A stretch of 64,000 nucleotides of DNA. Source: Anaerolineae bacterium (GTDB lineage Bacteria > Chloroflexota > Anaerolineae > Aggregatilineales > Ch27). The stretch covers positions 7,168-71,167 of the forward strand of contig JABLXG010000007.1 of the NCBI GenBank assembly GCA_013178165.1, read 5' to 3'. Below, piece by piece: positions 26,714 through 35,798 of this stretch. Every line of letters begins with the position of its first letter. The first letter of the stretch is position 1. The translations under genes and the position numbers were made by a program. Under the pieces are notes generated by a model. That model saw nothing but the letters and a program-made list of their open reading frames with translations, was not told the DNA's origin and did no database searches.

Positions 26714-28969
26714 ATGGGAGCAACGCTCAACCCCAACCTGCTGGCGCCAGATACCGCCGCCCTGCTGAATGACACCGCGGCCCTGATGGACCGCTACCGC
26801 AAGAACAACATCTTCCCGGAAATGGCGTTGCTGGCCCTGATCGAGGCCAAGGACACGCCGGGCCATGCCCTGCTGCAACGATTTGCCGCCAGCAATAACG
26901 TCGATCTGACCCGCCTGGCCCGCCAGACCCGCCTGGCCGTGGAAAGCCGCCGCGATCTCCCTGGCGACCTGGCCTTCATCACCCGCGACAACAAAGCGGT
27001 GCAGCTTTCCCGCCAGATGATCATCGCCATTGACGACGCCCTGACCTATGCCGAGCAGAGCAACGAGGTCTACGTGCGCACCGACCACCTGCTGGCCGCC
27101 ATGAGCCAGAAGCGGCTGGGCACAGGCGGCATCCTGGCCCAGTATGGCATCACGCCGGAAGCGATGCTCAGCCTGATCGGCGGCAGCCCGGCCAAGTCCG
27201 CCAGCGCCTCAGCTGTCGCCCGGCAAATGGGCGGCACCGCCGTTGACTACGTGGCGCTGGCCCGCGCCGGAGAAAAGCGTCCCGTTCACTACCGCCAGGC
27301 GTTGCTGACCGAACTGATCAACATGCTCGCCCAGCGAGTCAACCGGCATGTCATCCTGATCGGGCAAGAAGGCGTCGGCAAACGCACCCTGGCGTACAGC
27401 CTGGCTCTGTTGATCGCCGAAGGCAAAGGCCCGCTGGGGCTAGACCGGCTGGTGCAGATCGACGAGACCGCCCTGCTGGATGATCCGGTGCGGGCCATCC
27501 GCGCCGGGATCAACAAGGCGACCGGCGGAATCCTGTTCATCCCGCAAATCGACCGTTTCTTTGACCAGCAGACGCGCCTGCGCCAGCCCAAAGTGCCCGC
27601 TGACCTGCAGAAAGCCTTTCTGAGCAGCGATCCCGTGATCATTGGCACAACCACCGAAGCGATCTACAACGAGGTACTGGCTGCTATCCCGGCAGTGCAT
27701 GAGCACAGCCAGCGCCTGCGCGTCCCCGCACCGGATGAAAAAGAAACGGTGCTCATCCTGCAGACGCTCAAGCCGCAACTGGCCGCCGATTACGACATCA
27801 CGATCACCGACGATGCACTGAGCATGGCCGCCGCCCTGGCCAATCGCTACATGTCCGGCACGCCCCTCCCGCGCAGCGCGGAGAACCTGCTCCACCGCGC
27901 CGCGGCGCTGGTCAACATGGGCAGCCAGCAACACATCGCCTTCAAGCCGGAGAAAGAAAACGGCTTCGATAGCACCCTGGACGCCGAAGATGTCACCCTG
28001 GCCGCCAGCCAGATGACCGGCATCCCCGTCAGCAAACTGGGCGAGGACGAGCGCAACCGCTACGCCCGGATGGTTGAGCATCTGCACGAGCGCATCATCG
28101 GTCAGGAGGAGGCGGTGCTGGCCGTCAGCCGCGCCGTTAAGACCGCTCGGGTCGGCCTCAAGGACAAGAAACGCCCCATCGGCGGCTTCCTCTTTCTCGG
28201 TCCGACCGGCGTCGGCAAGACTGAACTGGCCAAAGCCCTGGCCGAATTCATGTTCGGCAGCGAAGATGCCATGCTCCAGCTCGACATGAGCGAGTTCCAG
28301 AACGAGTCCACGGTCAACCGTCTGATCGGCTCCCCCTCTGGCTATGTGGACAGCGAGGCAGGCGGCCAGCTTACCGAGCGCGTCCGCCAGCAGCCCTATT
28401 TGATCGTGCTCTTCGACGAGGTGGAAAAGGCCCATCCCCGCGTGTTGGATATCCTCCTCCAGGTGCTGGAGGAAGGCCGTCTGACTGACGGTCGGGGTAA
28501 CACAGCGAACTTCAGCGAAACCGTGATCATCATGACCAGCAACCTGGGCGCCGAATATCTGGCCGTCCCTGAAATCACGGAGGAAGTACGGGAAGCCGTG
28601 ATGGAGGAAGTACATGCTCACTTCCGCCCGGAATTCCTCAACCGCTTGGACGAGATCGTGATCTTCCACCCGCTGAGCGCTGAACACCTGGCGCAAATCC
28701 TTGACCTGCTGCTCAACGCTGAAGCGCGCCTGGCCGCTACACGGGGCCTGATCCTGGAATTCACCGATCGCGCCCGGCGCTGGATGCTCGACCAGAACGA
28801 TCATCCCGAATGGGGCGCGCGACCGTTGCGCCGGATCATCCGCCAGCACCTGCGCGAGCCGCTGGCTGACTTCCTGCTCAAGGAGAACCCCGCCCCCGGT
28901 ACGGCTATTCACATCACGGCGGGCAAGAACGGCCTGATCTTCAAGACCGCCAGGCCGGAGCAAACCTGA
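26714..28969 (+). CDS. Hsp100/Clp-family AAA+ ATPase with degenerate first nucleotide-binding domain
   Basis: Clp_N repeats (IFPEMALLALIEAKDTPGHALL and VRTDHLLAAM). D1 has a non-canonical Walker A, GQEGVGKRT, and ILFIPQID in place of the Walker B ILFIDE. D2 is canonical (FLGPTGVGKTELAKALA, VLFDEVEKAH, LIGSPSGYVDSEAGGQLTE, GARPLRR). Confidence 0.85.
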   Translation: MGATLNPNLLAPDTAALLNDTAALMDRYRKNNIFPEMALLALIEAKDTPGHALLQRFAASNNVDLTRLARQTRLAVESRRDLPGDLAFITRDNKAVQLSRQMIIAIDDALTYAEQSNEVYVRTDHLLAAMSQKRLGTGGILAQYGITPEAMLSLIGGSPAKSASASAVARQMGGTAVDYVALARAGEKRPVHYRQALLTELINMLAQRVNRHVILIGQEGVGKRTLAYSLALLIAEGKGPLGLDRLVQIDETALLDDPVRAIRAGINKATGGILFIPQIDRFFDQQTRLRQPKVPADLQKAFLSSDPVIIGTTTEAIYNEVLAAIPAVHEHSQRLRVPAPDEKETVLILQTLKPQLAADYDITITDDALSMAAALANRYMSGTPLPRSAENLLHRAAALVNMGSQQHIAFKPEKENGFDSTLDAEDVTLAASQMTGIPVSKLGEDERNRYARMVEHLHERIIGQEEAVLAVSRAVKTARVGLKDKKRPIGGFLFLGPTGVGKTELAKALAEFMFGSEDAMLQLDMSEFQNESTVNRLIGSPSGYVDSEAGGQLTERVRQQPYLIVLFDEVEKAHPRVLDILLQVLEEGRLTDGRGNTANFSETVIIMTSNLGAEYLAVPEITEEVREAVMEEVHAHFRPEFLNRLDEIVIFHPLSAEHLAQILDLLLNAEARLAATRGLILEFTDRARRWMLDQNDHPEWGARPLRRIIRQHLREPLADFLLKENPAPGTAIHITAGKNGLIFKTARPEQT

Positions 28970-28983
28970 CCCGCGCTTCCCTC

Positions 28984-29011
28984 GGCAGCCCGGTCAACTG
29001 GCCGGGCTGCC
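28984..29011 (+). terminator. Hairpin downstream of the clp-like gene (terminator candidate, no U-tract)
   Basis: Perfect 10-bp stem, GGCAGCCCGG (28984-28993) pairing with CCGGGCTGCC (29002-29011), and an 8-nt loop, starting 15 nt after the stop. It is followed by GCGCTTGCG rather than a T-run. Confidence 0.4.
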
Positions 29012-29115
29012 GCGCTTGCGCGCAATCCCCCGTTGCAGTTAAGCTGTATCCATTAGCAGCGGGCGCTGGTCAGCGGGCGCTGTTATCCTGTTGTGTTCAA
29101 CCGGTCTTATCAAGC

Positions 29116-30570
29116 ATGAGGCAAGCGATGGATAGTCCTATCGAATTCGGAACGGACGGCATTCGCGGCGTCGCCGGGACGTACCCCCTCTCTCCGGAGG
29201 CAGTGCTGGCGACCGGCAGAGCTATCGGCCGCTGGTTACGGGAAAACGCCGCCGCGCCAACAGCTATCATCGGGCGGGATACCCGCCCCAGCGGCGAGCA
29301 GATCACCCATGCCCTGCTGGCCGGGCTAACCGCCGAAGGCATAGCCGCCGATGACGTCGGCGTGATGACCACGCCCGGCATCGCCTACCTGACTCACGCC
29401 CTGGGCTACAGCCTGGGCATCGTGATCTCCGCCAGTCATAACCCCGCCGATCAGAATGGGATCAAGGTGATCGGCAGCGATGGCTTCAAGCTCAGCGACG
29501 AAGCGGAAGCGGCCATCGAGGCTCTGATCATGCGCTATCTGGCCGACCCACCCATCTCCAGCGGTTTCGGCCGGGTGCATCGTGCTGAACAGCACCGCAG
29601 CCGCTACCTGCAGCACCTCCTGACCGGCCTGGCCCCGGACGCGCTGCAGGGGCTTTCCGTGGTACTGGACTGCGCTAACGGGGCGTCCTACGCCATCGCG
29701 CCGGAAGCCTTCGCCCGGCTGGGGGCCGCCGTCACAGCGCTCGGTACTGCGCCGACAGGCGACAACATCAATGTGCGCAGCGGCAGTGAGCATGTCCGGC
29801 GGCACAGCGAGACGCTGCGAGCAATGATCGCCGACAGCAACGCAGATGTTGGTATTGCCTTCGATGGCGACGCCGACCGCGTGATCTTCCTGACGCCACG
29901 CGGTACGTTAATCGACGGTGATCACATCCTGGCGTTGCTGGCCGACCATCTCCTACAACACGGCGATCTGCCTGGCCCGACAGTGGTTGCTACGACCATG
30001 AGCAACAGCGGCCTGGAGCACTACCTCAGCCAGCGCGGCATCACTCTGGAACGCACCAAAGTCGGCGATCGGTACGTGATGGAACGGATGCGTGCCGGAG
30101 GTTTTCGCCTGGGCGGGGAGCAGGCCGGGCACATCATCCTGCTGGACGCCGAACACACCGCCGGGGATGGCATCTACATTGGCCTGCAGGTGGCCGCCCT
30201 GATTGCCCGCCAGCGCACCCTGCTGGAAGATATTGCCTGCGCCATGCCCCGCTACCCGCAGGTGATCGTCTCCACCCATCTGACCCGCCAGGTGCCGCTG
30301 GAAGGCATCCCGGCGTTGCAGCCACTGGTGGACGAAACCCTGGCCGCCTTCGACCACCAGGGGCGCGTCAATATGCGTTACAGCGGCACGGAGCCGAACC
30401 TGCTGCGGGCGATGGTGGAAGGCGGCCCGCGATCGTCGATGGATGAGGTAATCGAGCGGGCGCTGGCGTTGTGCCGGCTGGTTATCCAGGCCGGCCAGAG
30501 CGATTCAGCCCAGATCGATATCGTCGACTGCGCAACAGGTGCTAAAATTGACGCCAACAGATACCGCTGA
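29116..30570 (+). CDS. glmM: Phosphoglucosamine mutase GlmM
   Basis: FGTDGIRG, active-site loop GIVISASHNPADQNGIKV, Mg site AFDGDADR, GGEQAGH, and the C-terminal YSGTEPNLLRAMVEG. The start is ATG 29116 or 29128. Confidence 0.9.
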   Translation: MRQAMDSPIEFGTDGIRGVAGTYPLSPEAVLATGRAIGRWLRENAAAPTAIIGRDTRPSGEQITHALLAGLTAEGIAADDVGVMTTPGIAYLTHALGYSLGIVISASHNPADQNGIKVIGSDGFKLSDEAEAAIEALIMRYLADPPISSGFGRVHRAEQHRSRYLQHLLTGLAPDALQGLSVVLDCANGASYAIAPEAFARLGAAVTALGTAPTGDNINVRSGSEHVRRHSETLRAMIADSNADVGIAFDGDADRVIFLTPRGTLIDGDHILALLADHLLQHGDLPGPTVVATTMSNSGLEHYLSQRGITLERTKVGDRYVMERMRAGGFRLGGEQAGHIILLDAEHTAGDGIYIGLQVAALIARQRTLLEDIACAMPRYPQVIVSTHLTRQVPLEGIPALQPLVDETLAAFDHQGRVNMRYSGTEPNLLRAMVEGGPRSSMDEVIERALALCRLVIQAGQSDSAQIDIVDCATGAKIDANRYR

Positions 30571-30592
30571 GCGCACCAGGAAAGGGCAGAGC

Positions 30593-32011
30593 ATGACCCA
30601 GGTCAAGAGCCATGTCTTCCGTAAGTATGATATTCGCGGCCTTGTCACCGGCGCCGATCCTGACCTGACCCCGGATTTCGCCCGGCTGGTCGGCAGGGCC
30701 TACGGCACCTACATGAAGCGCCACCATGACATCGAGCGCGTTTATGTCGGCAGCGACAACCGCGAAAGCTCCCCCGCTCTGCGCGCCGCCCTGATCGAAG
30801 GTGTCGCCGCCAGCGGCGTCGATGTCACCGACATCGGCCAGGTCCTGACGCCGACCGTCTACTTCGCCACCGCTTCCCATGGGCCACGCTCCGGTGGGGT
30901 GATGATCACCGGCAGCCACCTCAACACAGACTACAACGGGATCAAGCTGGCCCATGGCAAGCTAGCACTTTATGGCGACCAGATCCAGACGCTGCGCGAG
31001 ATGATCGAAGCCGACGACTTTAATTCCGGCAATGGGCGGATCACTGAGGACCTCAACATGATCCACCGCCACCTGGAGACAGTCAAAAGCAAGGTCAAGC
31101 TGGGCAGCCGCAAGATTAAGGCGGTCGTGGACGCCGGGAACGGTCTGAGCGGCGCTTACATGCCGGCGATCATGGAATCACTCGGTGTTGAAGTGATCTG
31201 CTTGTTTTGCGAACCCGATGGCACCTTCCCCAATCACCTGCCCAACCCCGAAGACCCGGAGCTGACCAAGGACCTGGAAGCTGCGGTGATCGCGCACGGC
31301 GCGGATATCGGCATTGGTTTCGACGGCGACGCCGACCGCTGCGGCACGATCGACGAGCGTGGGCACCATGTCGCGGCAGATCGCCTGCTGGCCCTGCTGG
31401 CCCGTGACCTGCTCAGCCGCCGCCCCGGCTCCAGCATTGTCTTTGACGTCAAGTCGTCCCAGGCGCTGGCCGATGAGATCAAGAAGCATGGCGGCCACCC
31501 GGTCATGTGGATGGCCGGGCACAGCCTGATGAAAGCCAAGATGAACGAGATCGGCTCTCCGCTGGGCGGAGAAGTCAGCGGGCACATCTTCATTGGCGAA
31601 GACTACTACGGCTTCGATGATGCCCCGCTGGTGTCGCTCAAGGTGCTGGAAATCCTCAGCAAGAGCGATCAAAGCTTCTCCGAACTGCTGGCCGGGATGC
31701 CCAGCCTGGTCGCCACGCCGGAGATCATCTTGAGTACGCCGGACGCAGAAAAATGGCACATCATCAGTGCCCTGGCCGCCAAACTCAAAGAAAAGTACGA
31801 GGTCGTCGATGTAGATGGGGCGCGGGCGATTTTCGAGCAAGGCTGGGGGTTGGTGCGGGCCAGCAATACGCAACCGGCGATCACGCTGCGCTTTGAGGCT
31901 TACACAAAGCCAGAAGTCATCCGCTACATGAACCTGTTCAACGACATGCTTAAAGCTTACCCGCAGGTTGACCGTAGCAAACTGGAAGAGTTGATCGCCG
32001 CTTACAGCTAG
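30593..32011 (+). CDS. Phosphomannomutase/phosphoglucomutase (alpha-D-phosphohexomutase superfamily)
   Basis: FRKYDIRG, active-site loop GVMITGSHLNTDYNGIKL, Mg site GFDGDADRCG, sugar loop GGEVSGHIF, and phosphate loop VRASNTQPAI. ATG 30593 lies after AGGAAAGGG. The ORF-track start 30539 overlaps the glmM end. Confidence 0.85.
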   Translation: MTQVKSHVFRKYDIRGLVTGADPDLTPDFARLVGRAYGTYMKRHHDIERVYVGSDNRESSPALRAALIEGVAASGVDVTDIGQVLTPTVYFATASHGPRSGGVMITGSHLNTDYNGIKLAHGKLALYGDQIQTLREMIEADDFNSGNGRITEDLNMIHRHLETVKSKVKLGSRKIKAVVDAGNGLSGAYMPAIMESLGVEVICLFCEPDGTFPNHLPNPEDPELTKDLEAAVIAHGADIGIGFDGDADRCGTIDERGHHVAADRLLALLARDLLSRRPGSSIVFDVKSSQALADEIKKHGGHPVMWMAGHSLMKAKMNEIGSPLGGEVSGHIFIGEDYYGFDDAPLVSLKVLEILSKSDQSFSELLAGMPSLVATPEIILSTPDAEKWHIISALAAKLKEKYEVVDVDGARAIFEQGWGLVRASNTQPAITLRFEAYTKPEVIRYMNLFNDMLKAYPQVDRSKLEELIAAYS

Positions 32012-32033
32012 CGCCTCCGCAATGGCTACAACG

Positions 32034-32074
32034 GTGGGCGTCAGCCAGAAGGGTTGACGCCCACATTGTCTTTT
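32034..32074 (+). terminator. Rho-independent terminator after the PMM/PGM gene
   Basis: Perfect 10-bp stem, GTGGGCGTCA (32034-32043) pairing with TGACGCCCAC (32055-32064), followed by ATTGTCTTTT. It lies in a convergent gap. Confidence 0.6.
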
Positions 32075-32607
32075 CAGATACGGCTGCGTCCATCGGGCAG
32101 GTAGCCACGGCGCACCGCCCGCGTCTCGTCCAGCGTGATGAAGGCGCGCGGATCAACGTTGTTCACACAGTCGATGACGCGCTGAATGTCCCGGTGCCTG
32201 ACCACGATCCGCACGGAGCCAACCACCCCGCTGACACCATGCCCCAGAGACTCGGTCGCGCCAAACCCGGCCTTGCGCACCTGCTCGGCGATCTGATGGG
32301 CATGATGAGCAGATACCACATTAACCGTCGCGAAGTTGGTCACGAAACGCTCTTCCAGCAGCATACCGATATACGTCCCGACGGCGAAACCCAGGCAATA
32401 GGCCGTCAGATTCCACAGGTTATTCAGCTGGCTGACCACGCTGCCCAGCGCTACCGCAAAAATCAGCGCCTCGAAAAAACCCAGTACCGACGAAAGCAAC
32501 CGGCGACCCCGCACCGTGATCAGCATCCGCACGGTGGAAATCGACACCCCCAGAATGCGCAGCGCGAATATTCCCAGCGCGCCCAGAATCTGCCCTTCAA
32601 CCCCCAT
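32074..32607 (-). CDS. UPF0316/DUF2179-family membrane protein
   Basis: Three N-terminal TM helices (FALRILGVSISTVRMLITVRGRR, LGFFEALIFAVALGSV and LTAYCLGFAVGTYIGMLLE), then a soluble domain (GFGATESLGHGVSG...RIVVRHRDIQRVI...AFITLDE). This layout matches my memory of Bacillus UPF0316 proteins. Confidence 0.7.
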   Translation of the reverse strand: MGVEGQILGALGIFALRILGVSISTVRMLITVRGRRLLSSVLGFFEALIFAVALGSVVSQLNNLWNLTAYCLGFAVGTYIGMLLEERFVTNFATVNVVSAHHAHQIAEQVRKAGFGATESLGHGVSGVVGSVRIVVRHRDIQRVIDCVNNVDPRAFITLDETRAVRRGYLPDGRSRI

Positions 32608-33436
32608 GACTGCTTTCCTCTTCGCCAGTGTCCTTCGACTCTGCGATGGAACTATCCCGCCCTTCCCCGTTGATCAGCCGTACCGGCCGCAACAGGCTGC
32701 GGTCAAACTGGGCGATCTCCTCCGGAGCCATACCCTCCAGCGCCGCCCTCACCTGCGCCACATCCGCGCGCAACCCGGCCACATCAACCCCCTGGCAGAT
32801 ATCCGGCAGCGGCGCGAGCCACTGCAGGCTGCGCAGGAGCATCTTCAGCGCCCCGCGATGATTGCCCCGCGTGATCTGGTAGTAGGCCACGCCGACCTGC
32901 AAAATCGCCCGGTAGAGATCACGCACCGGCCCGCGCTCCACCATCCATAGCGCCTCAAACAGGTCATGCTGCCGGTAATATTCGCCGGCATTGAAGCGGC
33001 GGATGCCTTCCAGCGCCTCCGGTGGCAACGGCTCCGCACACTGGCTCTCCAGCGCCGCGCTAACCTGCCGCCGTCCCTGCTCGCGGCGCGCCAGCAGGCA
33101 AGACAGCGCCTGCCCCAGGCCCGTCAGTGGCAGCACATCATCCGCACCGGCGTCACGCCCCGCAGCAACCAGGGCCGGATCATCGGCCACCAGCGCCACC
33201 GGAATGCGCCGCGTGGCCGGGCTGGTCTTGGATGCGGTGACCCACCGGCGCCAGTCGCTGCGCGAGCCATCGACCACGATCACCGCCGGCAGATCCGCGG
33301 CCAACCGCCTGACATACCCTTCTGCATCGCTTGTCAACGGATAGCGCACCACCCGGCAGGAGCTTTCAATAGAGACCAGTTCCTCCCCCCATTCGGAATC
33401 GCTGAGGATCACGACAACAATATCGCTCACAGGCAT
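32597..33436 (-). CDS. DUF309 domain protein with N-terminal receiver-like (pseudo-receiver) domain
   Basis: The C-terminal FNAGEYYRQHDLFEALW...LYRAILQVGVAYYQITRGNHRGALKMLLRSLQWL is the DUF309 pattern. The N-terminal roughly 115 aa has a flavodoxin/receiver-like strand pattern (IVVVILSD, AVIVVDGS, IPVALVADD). It overlaps the downstream UPF0316 gene by 11 nt. Confidence 0.7.
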   Translation of the reverse strand: MPVSDIVVVILSDSEWGEELVSIESSCRVVRYPLTSDAEGYVRRLAADLPAVIVVDGSRSDWRRWVTASKTSPATRRIPVALVADDPALVAAGRDAGADDVLPLTGLGQALSCLLARREQGRRQVSAALESQCAEPLPPEALEGIRRFNAGEYYRQHDLFEALWMVERGPVRDLYRAILQVGVAYYQITRGNHRGALKMLLRSLQWLAPLPDICQGVDVAGLRADVAQVRAALEGMAPEEIAQFDRSLLRPVRLINGEGRDSSIAESKDTGEEESSHGG

Positions 33437-33552
33437 ACTCCTGGCAGGGGCAGCCGACTGGCAATTAAGTCTATCCTACCACTGGCGATGATGGTATCCT
33501 ACGACCCGCAACTGCACCGATGAGCATTACCTTGCCGGGAGATTCGACTGTC

Positions 33553-34314
33553 ATGCCTCACATCTTCGTCACCAATGATGATGGCGTCCAGGCCGCTGGG
33601 TTGCTGGCGCTGGTCCAGGCGCTTAAGACGCTGGGCACTGTCCAGATCGTCGCCCCTGCTGTCAACCAGAGCGCCGTCGGCCACAAGAAAACGCTCTTCC
33701 AGGACATCCCCATGCATGAAACTGTCCTGGCCGATGGCACCCCGGCCTATGCGGTAGGCGGCTCTCCTGCCGATTGCATCGCTATCTCTGCCCTGGGCGC
33801 GACACCCTGGCCGCCTGACCTAGTCGTCTCCGGGATCAATCGTGGCCCCAACATGGCCCAGGACATCACCTATAGCGGCACCGTCACCGCCGCGTTTGAG
33901 TCGGTGATTCACGGCGTCCCGGCCATCGCCGTGTCGCTGGATAACCACCGCGCCGATAACGTGGAGGACTACCGGCCTGCCGCGGCCATCGCCGTCAGGA
34001 TCGCCGCCCGCGTGCTGGAAAAAGGCCTGCCGCCGTTAACCATCCTCAACCTGAACGTGCCGGATGGCCACACCGTCCGGGGCCTGCGGCTGACCCGCCA
34101 GGGGATCCGCATCTACCGCGATGCCCTCTCCCGCGATGGCAACATTTTCCAGATCGTCGGGGAAGTACCCACCGGTGTCTACAACCAGGAGGGTACCGAC
34201 CTGTGGGCTGTCCACAACGGCTACGCCAGCCTGACGCCGCTGCACCTGGACCTGACCGCTCACCGCTTTATTGCTGACCTGGCTGCCTGGGACATCACGC
34301 TCCAGGACAGCTGA
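33553..34314 (+). CDS. surE: 5'/3'-nucleotidase SurE
   Basis: N-terminus MPHIFVTNDDGVQAAGL, plus SGINRGPNMAQDITYSGTVTAA. ATG 33553 is preferred over 33520. Confidence 0.9.
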   Translation: MPHIFVTNDDGVQAAGLLALVQALKTLGTVQIVAPAVNQSAVGHKKTLFQDIPMHETVLADGTPAYAVGGSPADCIAISALGATPWPPDLVVSGINRGPNMAQDITYSGTVTAAFESVIHGVPAIAVSLDNHRADNVEDYRPAAAIAVRIAARVLEKGLPPLTILNLNVPDGHTVRGLRLTRQGIRIYRDALSRDGNIFQIVGEVPTGVYNQEGTDLWAVHNGYASLTPLHLDLTAHRFIADLAAWDITLQDS

Positions 34315-34372
34315 TCGATCTCAGACAGGCAAATCCTTGACATATTGACAGTTATCTATATAATGTCCAGCC

Positions 34373-34711
34373 ATGAACCTGGAGTCAGTCCTTTTCGCCA
34401 AAGCGATCGCCGACGAGACGCGGCAGGAGATCATGGGGCACCTGTGCTGCGTCTGGCTGAGCGTGAATGACGTGGTTGAACGGCTGGGAGGGCGGGTCAG
34501 CCAGCCCACCGTCAGCCACCACCTCAAAGTCCTGCAGGAAGCTGATCTGGTGCTCGTCCGGCAGGAAGGCCGCCAGCGATTCTATACGCTCAACCAGGCC
34601 CGGCTCACCGTGTGCTGTGGCACCCTGCTGCGCACCTTCGCGCCGGATTACGCCGGGAAAGCGCCGGTTATCCGCCCGGAAGTGATCGTGGGACCAGACG
34701 CCGACTCGTGA
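34373..34711 (+). CDS. arsR: ArsR/SmtB-family metalloregulator
   Basis: Winged HTH motifs [48 protein letters not shown] and [12 protein letters not shown]. Vicinal cysteine pairs at HLCCVW and near the C-terminus (LTVCCGTLL). Confidence 0.85.
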   Translation: MNLESVLFAKAIADETRQEIMGHLCCVWLSVNDVVERLGGRVSQPTVSHHLKVLQEADLVLVRQEGRQRFYTLNQARLTVCCGTLLRTFAPDYAGKAPVIRPEVIVGPDADS

Positions 34712-34779
34712 GGGGAGACCGCCTGCCTCTCTTTTTTTGGCGAAAAGCATTGATGAACATCTATACATTGGAGGGTATC

Positions 34780-35562
34780 ATGACCGACCAGCGCAGTGCC
34801 ATCCACGACGCCGTTCGCGATCACTATGCCGGGATCGCCCGCCAGGCCGACCCGGAACTGAAACTGAGCGCGGCCAGCTGTTGCGGCGATTCATCCGCCG
34901 GTTGCAGCTGCAGCTCGATGGTGTATGACCCGGCCCTGCTACAGAATCTACCCGCCAGTGTCACTGACCTCTCCCTCGGTTGCGGCGACCCGGTCACCAT
35001 TGCCGCCCTCAGGCCCGGTGAGACCGTGCTGGACCTGGGCAGCGGCGGCGGGATTGACTGCTTTCTGGCTGCCCGGCAGGTCGGGCCACAGGGCCATGTG
35101 ATCGGCGTCGATATGACACCGGAAATGCTGGAGCGCGCCGAGGCCAACCGGCTGCGGTTAGGGATGGCCAACGTCGAATTCCGCCGGGGCCAGATCGAGG
35201 CCCTGCCGGTTGAAGACGCCAGCGTTGATGTGATCATGTCCAATTGCGTGATCAACCTCTCCCCGGACAAAGCCGCGGTCTTCCGCGAGGCGTTCCGGGT
35301 GCTCAAGCCCGGTGGGCGCATTGCAATCAGCGATATCGTGACTGCAGGGGACTTCGGCGCTGAGCTGCAGGCACAACTTGACCACTGGGCAGAATGTGTG
35401 ACCGGTGCGATCGATGTTGAGAGCTATACCGCTTTGATGCGCACCGCTGGGTTTGTCGAGATCACGGTCGTCGACAAAGCAGACGCAGACAGCATTATCA
35501 CCCCCACTTCAGGCATGCCGCGTATCTTCAGCGCACGGATCACGGCGCGCAAACCGGCCTGA
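34780..35562 (+). CDS. arsM: Arsenite S-adenosylmethionine methyltransferase ArsM
   Basis: Cys-rich N-terminal segment [18 protein letters not shown] motif [13 protein letters not shown]. Conserved cysteines in [11 protein letters not shown] and [14 protein letters not shown] at 34769-34774 lies 5 nt before ATG 34780. Confidence 0.85.
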   Translation: MTDQRSAIHDAVRDHYAGIARQADPELKLSAASCCGDSSAGCSCSSMVYDPALLQNLPASVTDLSLGCGDPVTIAALRPGETVLDLGSGGGIDCFLAARQVGPQGHVIGVDMTPEMLERAEANRLRLGMANVEFRRGQIEALPVEDASVDVIMSNCVINLSPDKAAVFREAFRVLKPGGRIAISDIVTAGDFGAELQAQLDHWAECVTGAIDVESYTALMRTAGFVEITVVDKADADSIITPTSGMPRIFSARITARKPA

Positions 35563-35798
35563 TCCCCCGCCTGACTGGCAACCGGATAACCGCTGCCAAT
35601 TGCCTCTCCAGCAACCTCACCCCTGGCCCTTCCGCCGCTCACAGAACGAAGCAGCACGAGGGGCAAGGGGTGAGGCTGCCGCTAAAATGACTGCTAGGTC
35701 TTACCTGTACCTCACAATCAATGCTGGCTGTTTTGGTCGGAAAGCGCTACACTCGCCGGGTGTGCTTCCTTGTGCGATGAACAAGCGAGGGTCCAGCT

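Noticed and set aside
27440-28963. 507-aa ORF antisense to the Clp-like gene
   Set aside because: No recognisable motifs. The plus strand carries canonical AAA+ D2 motifs.
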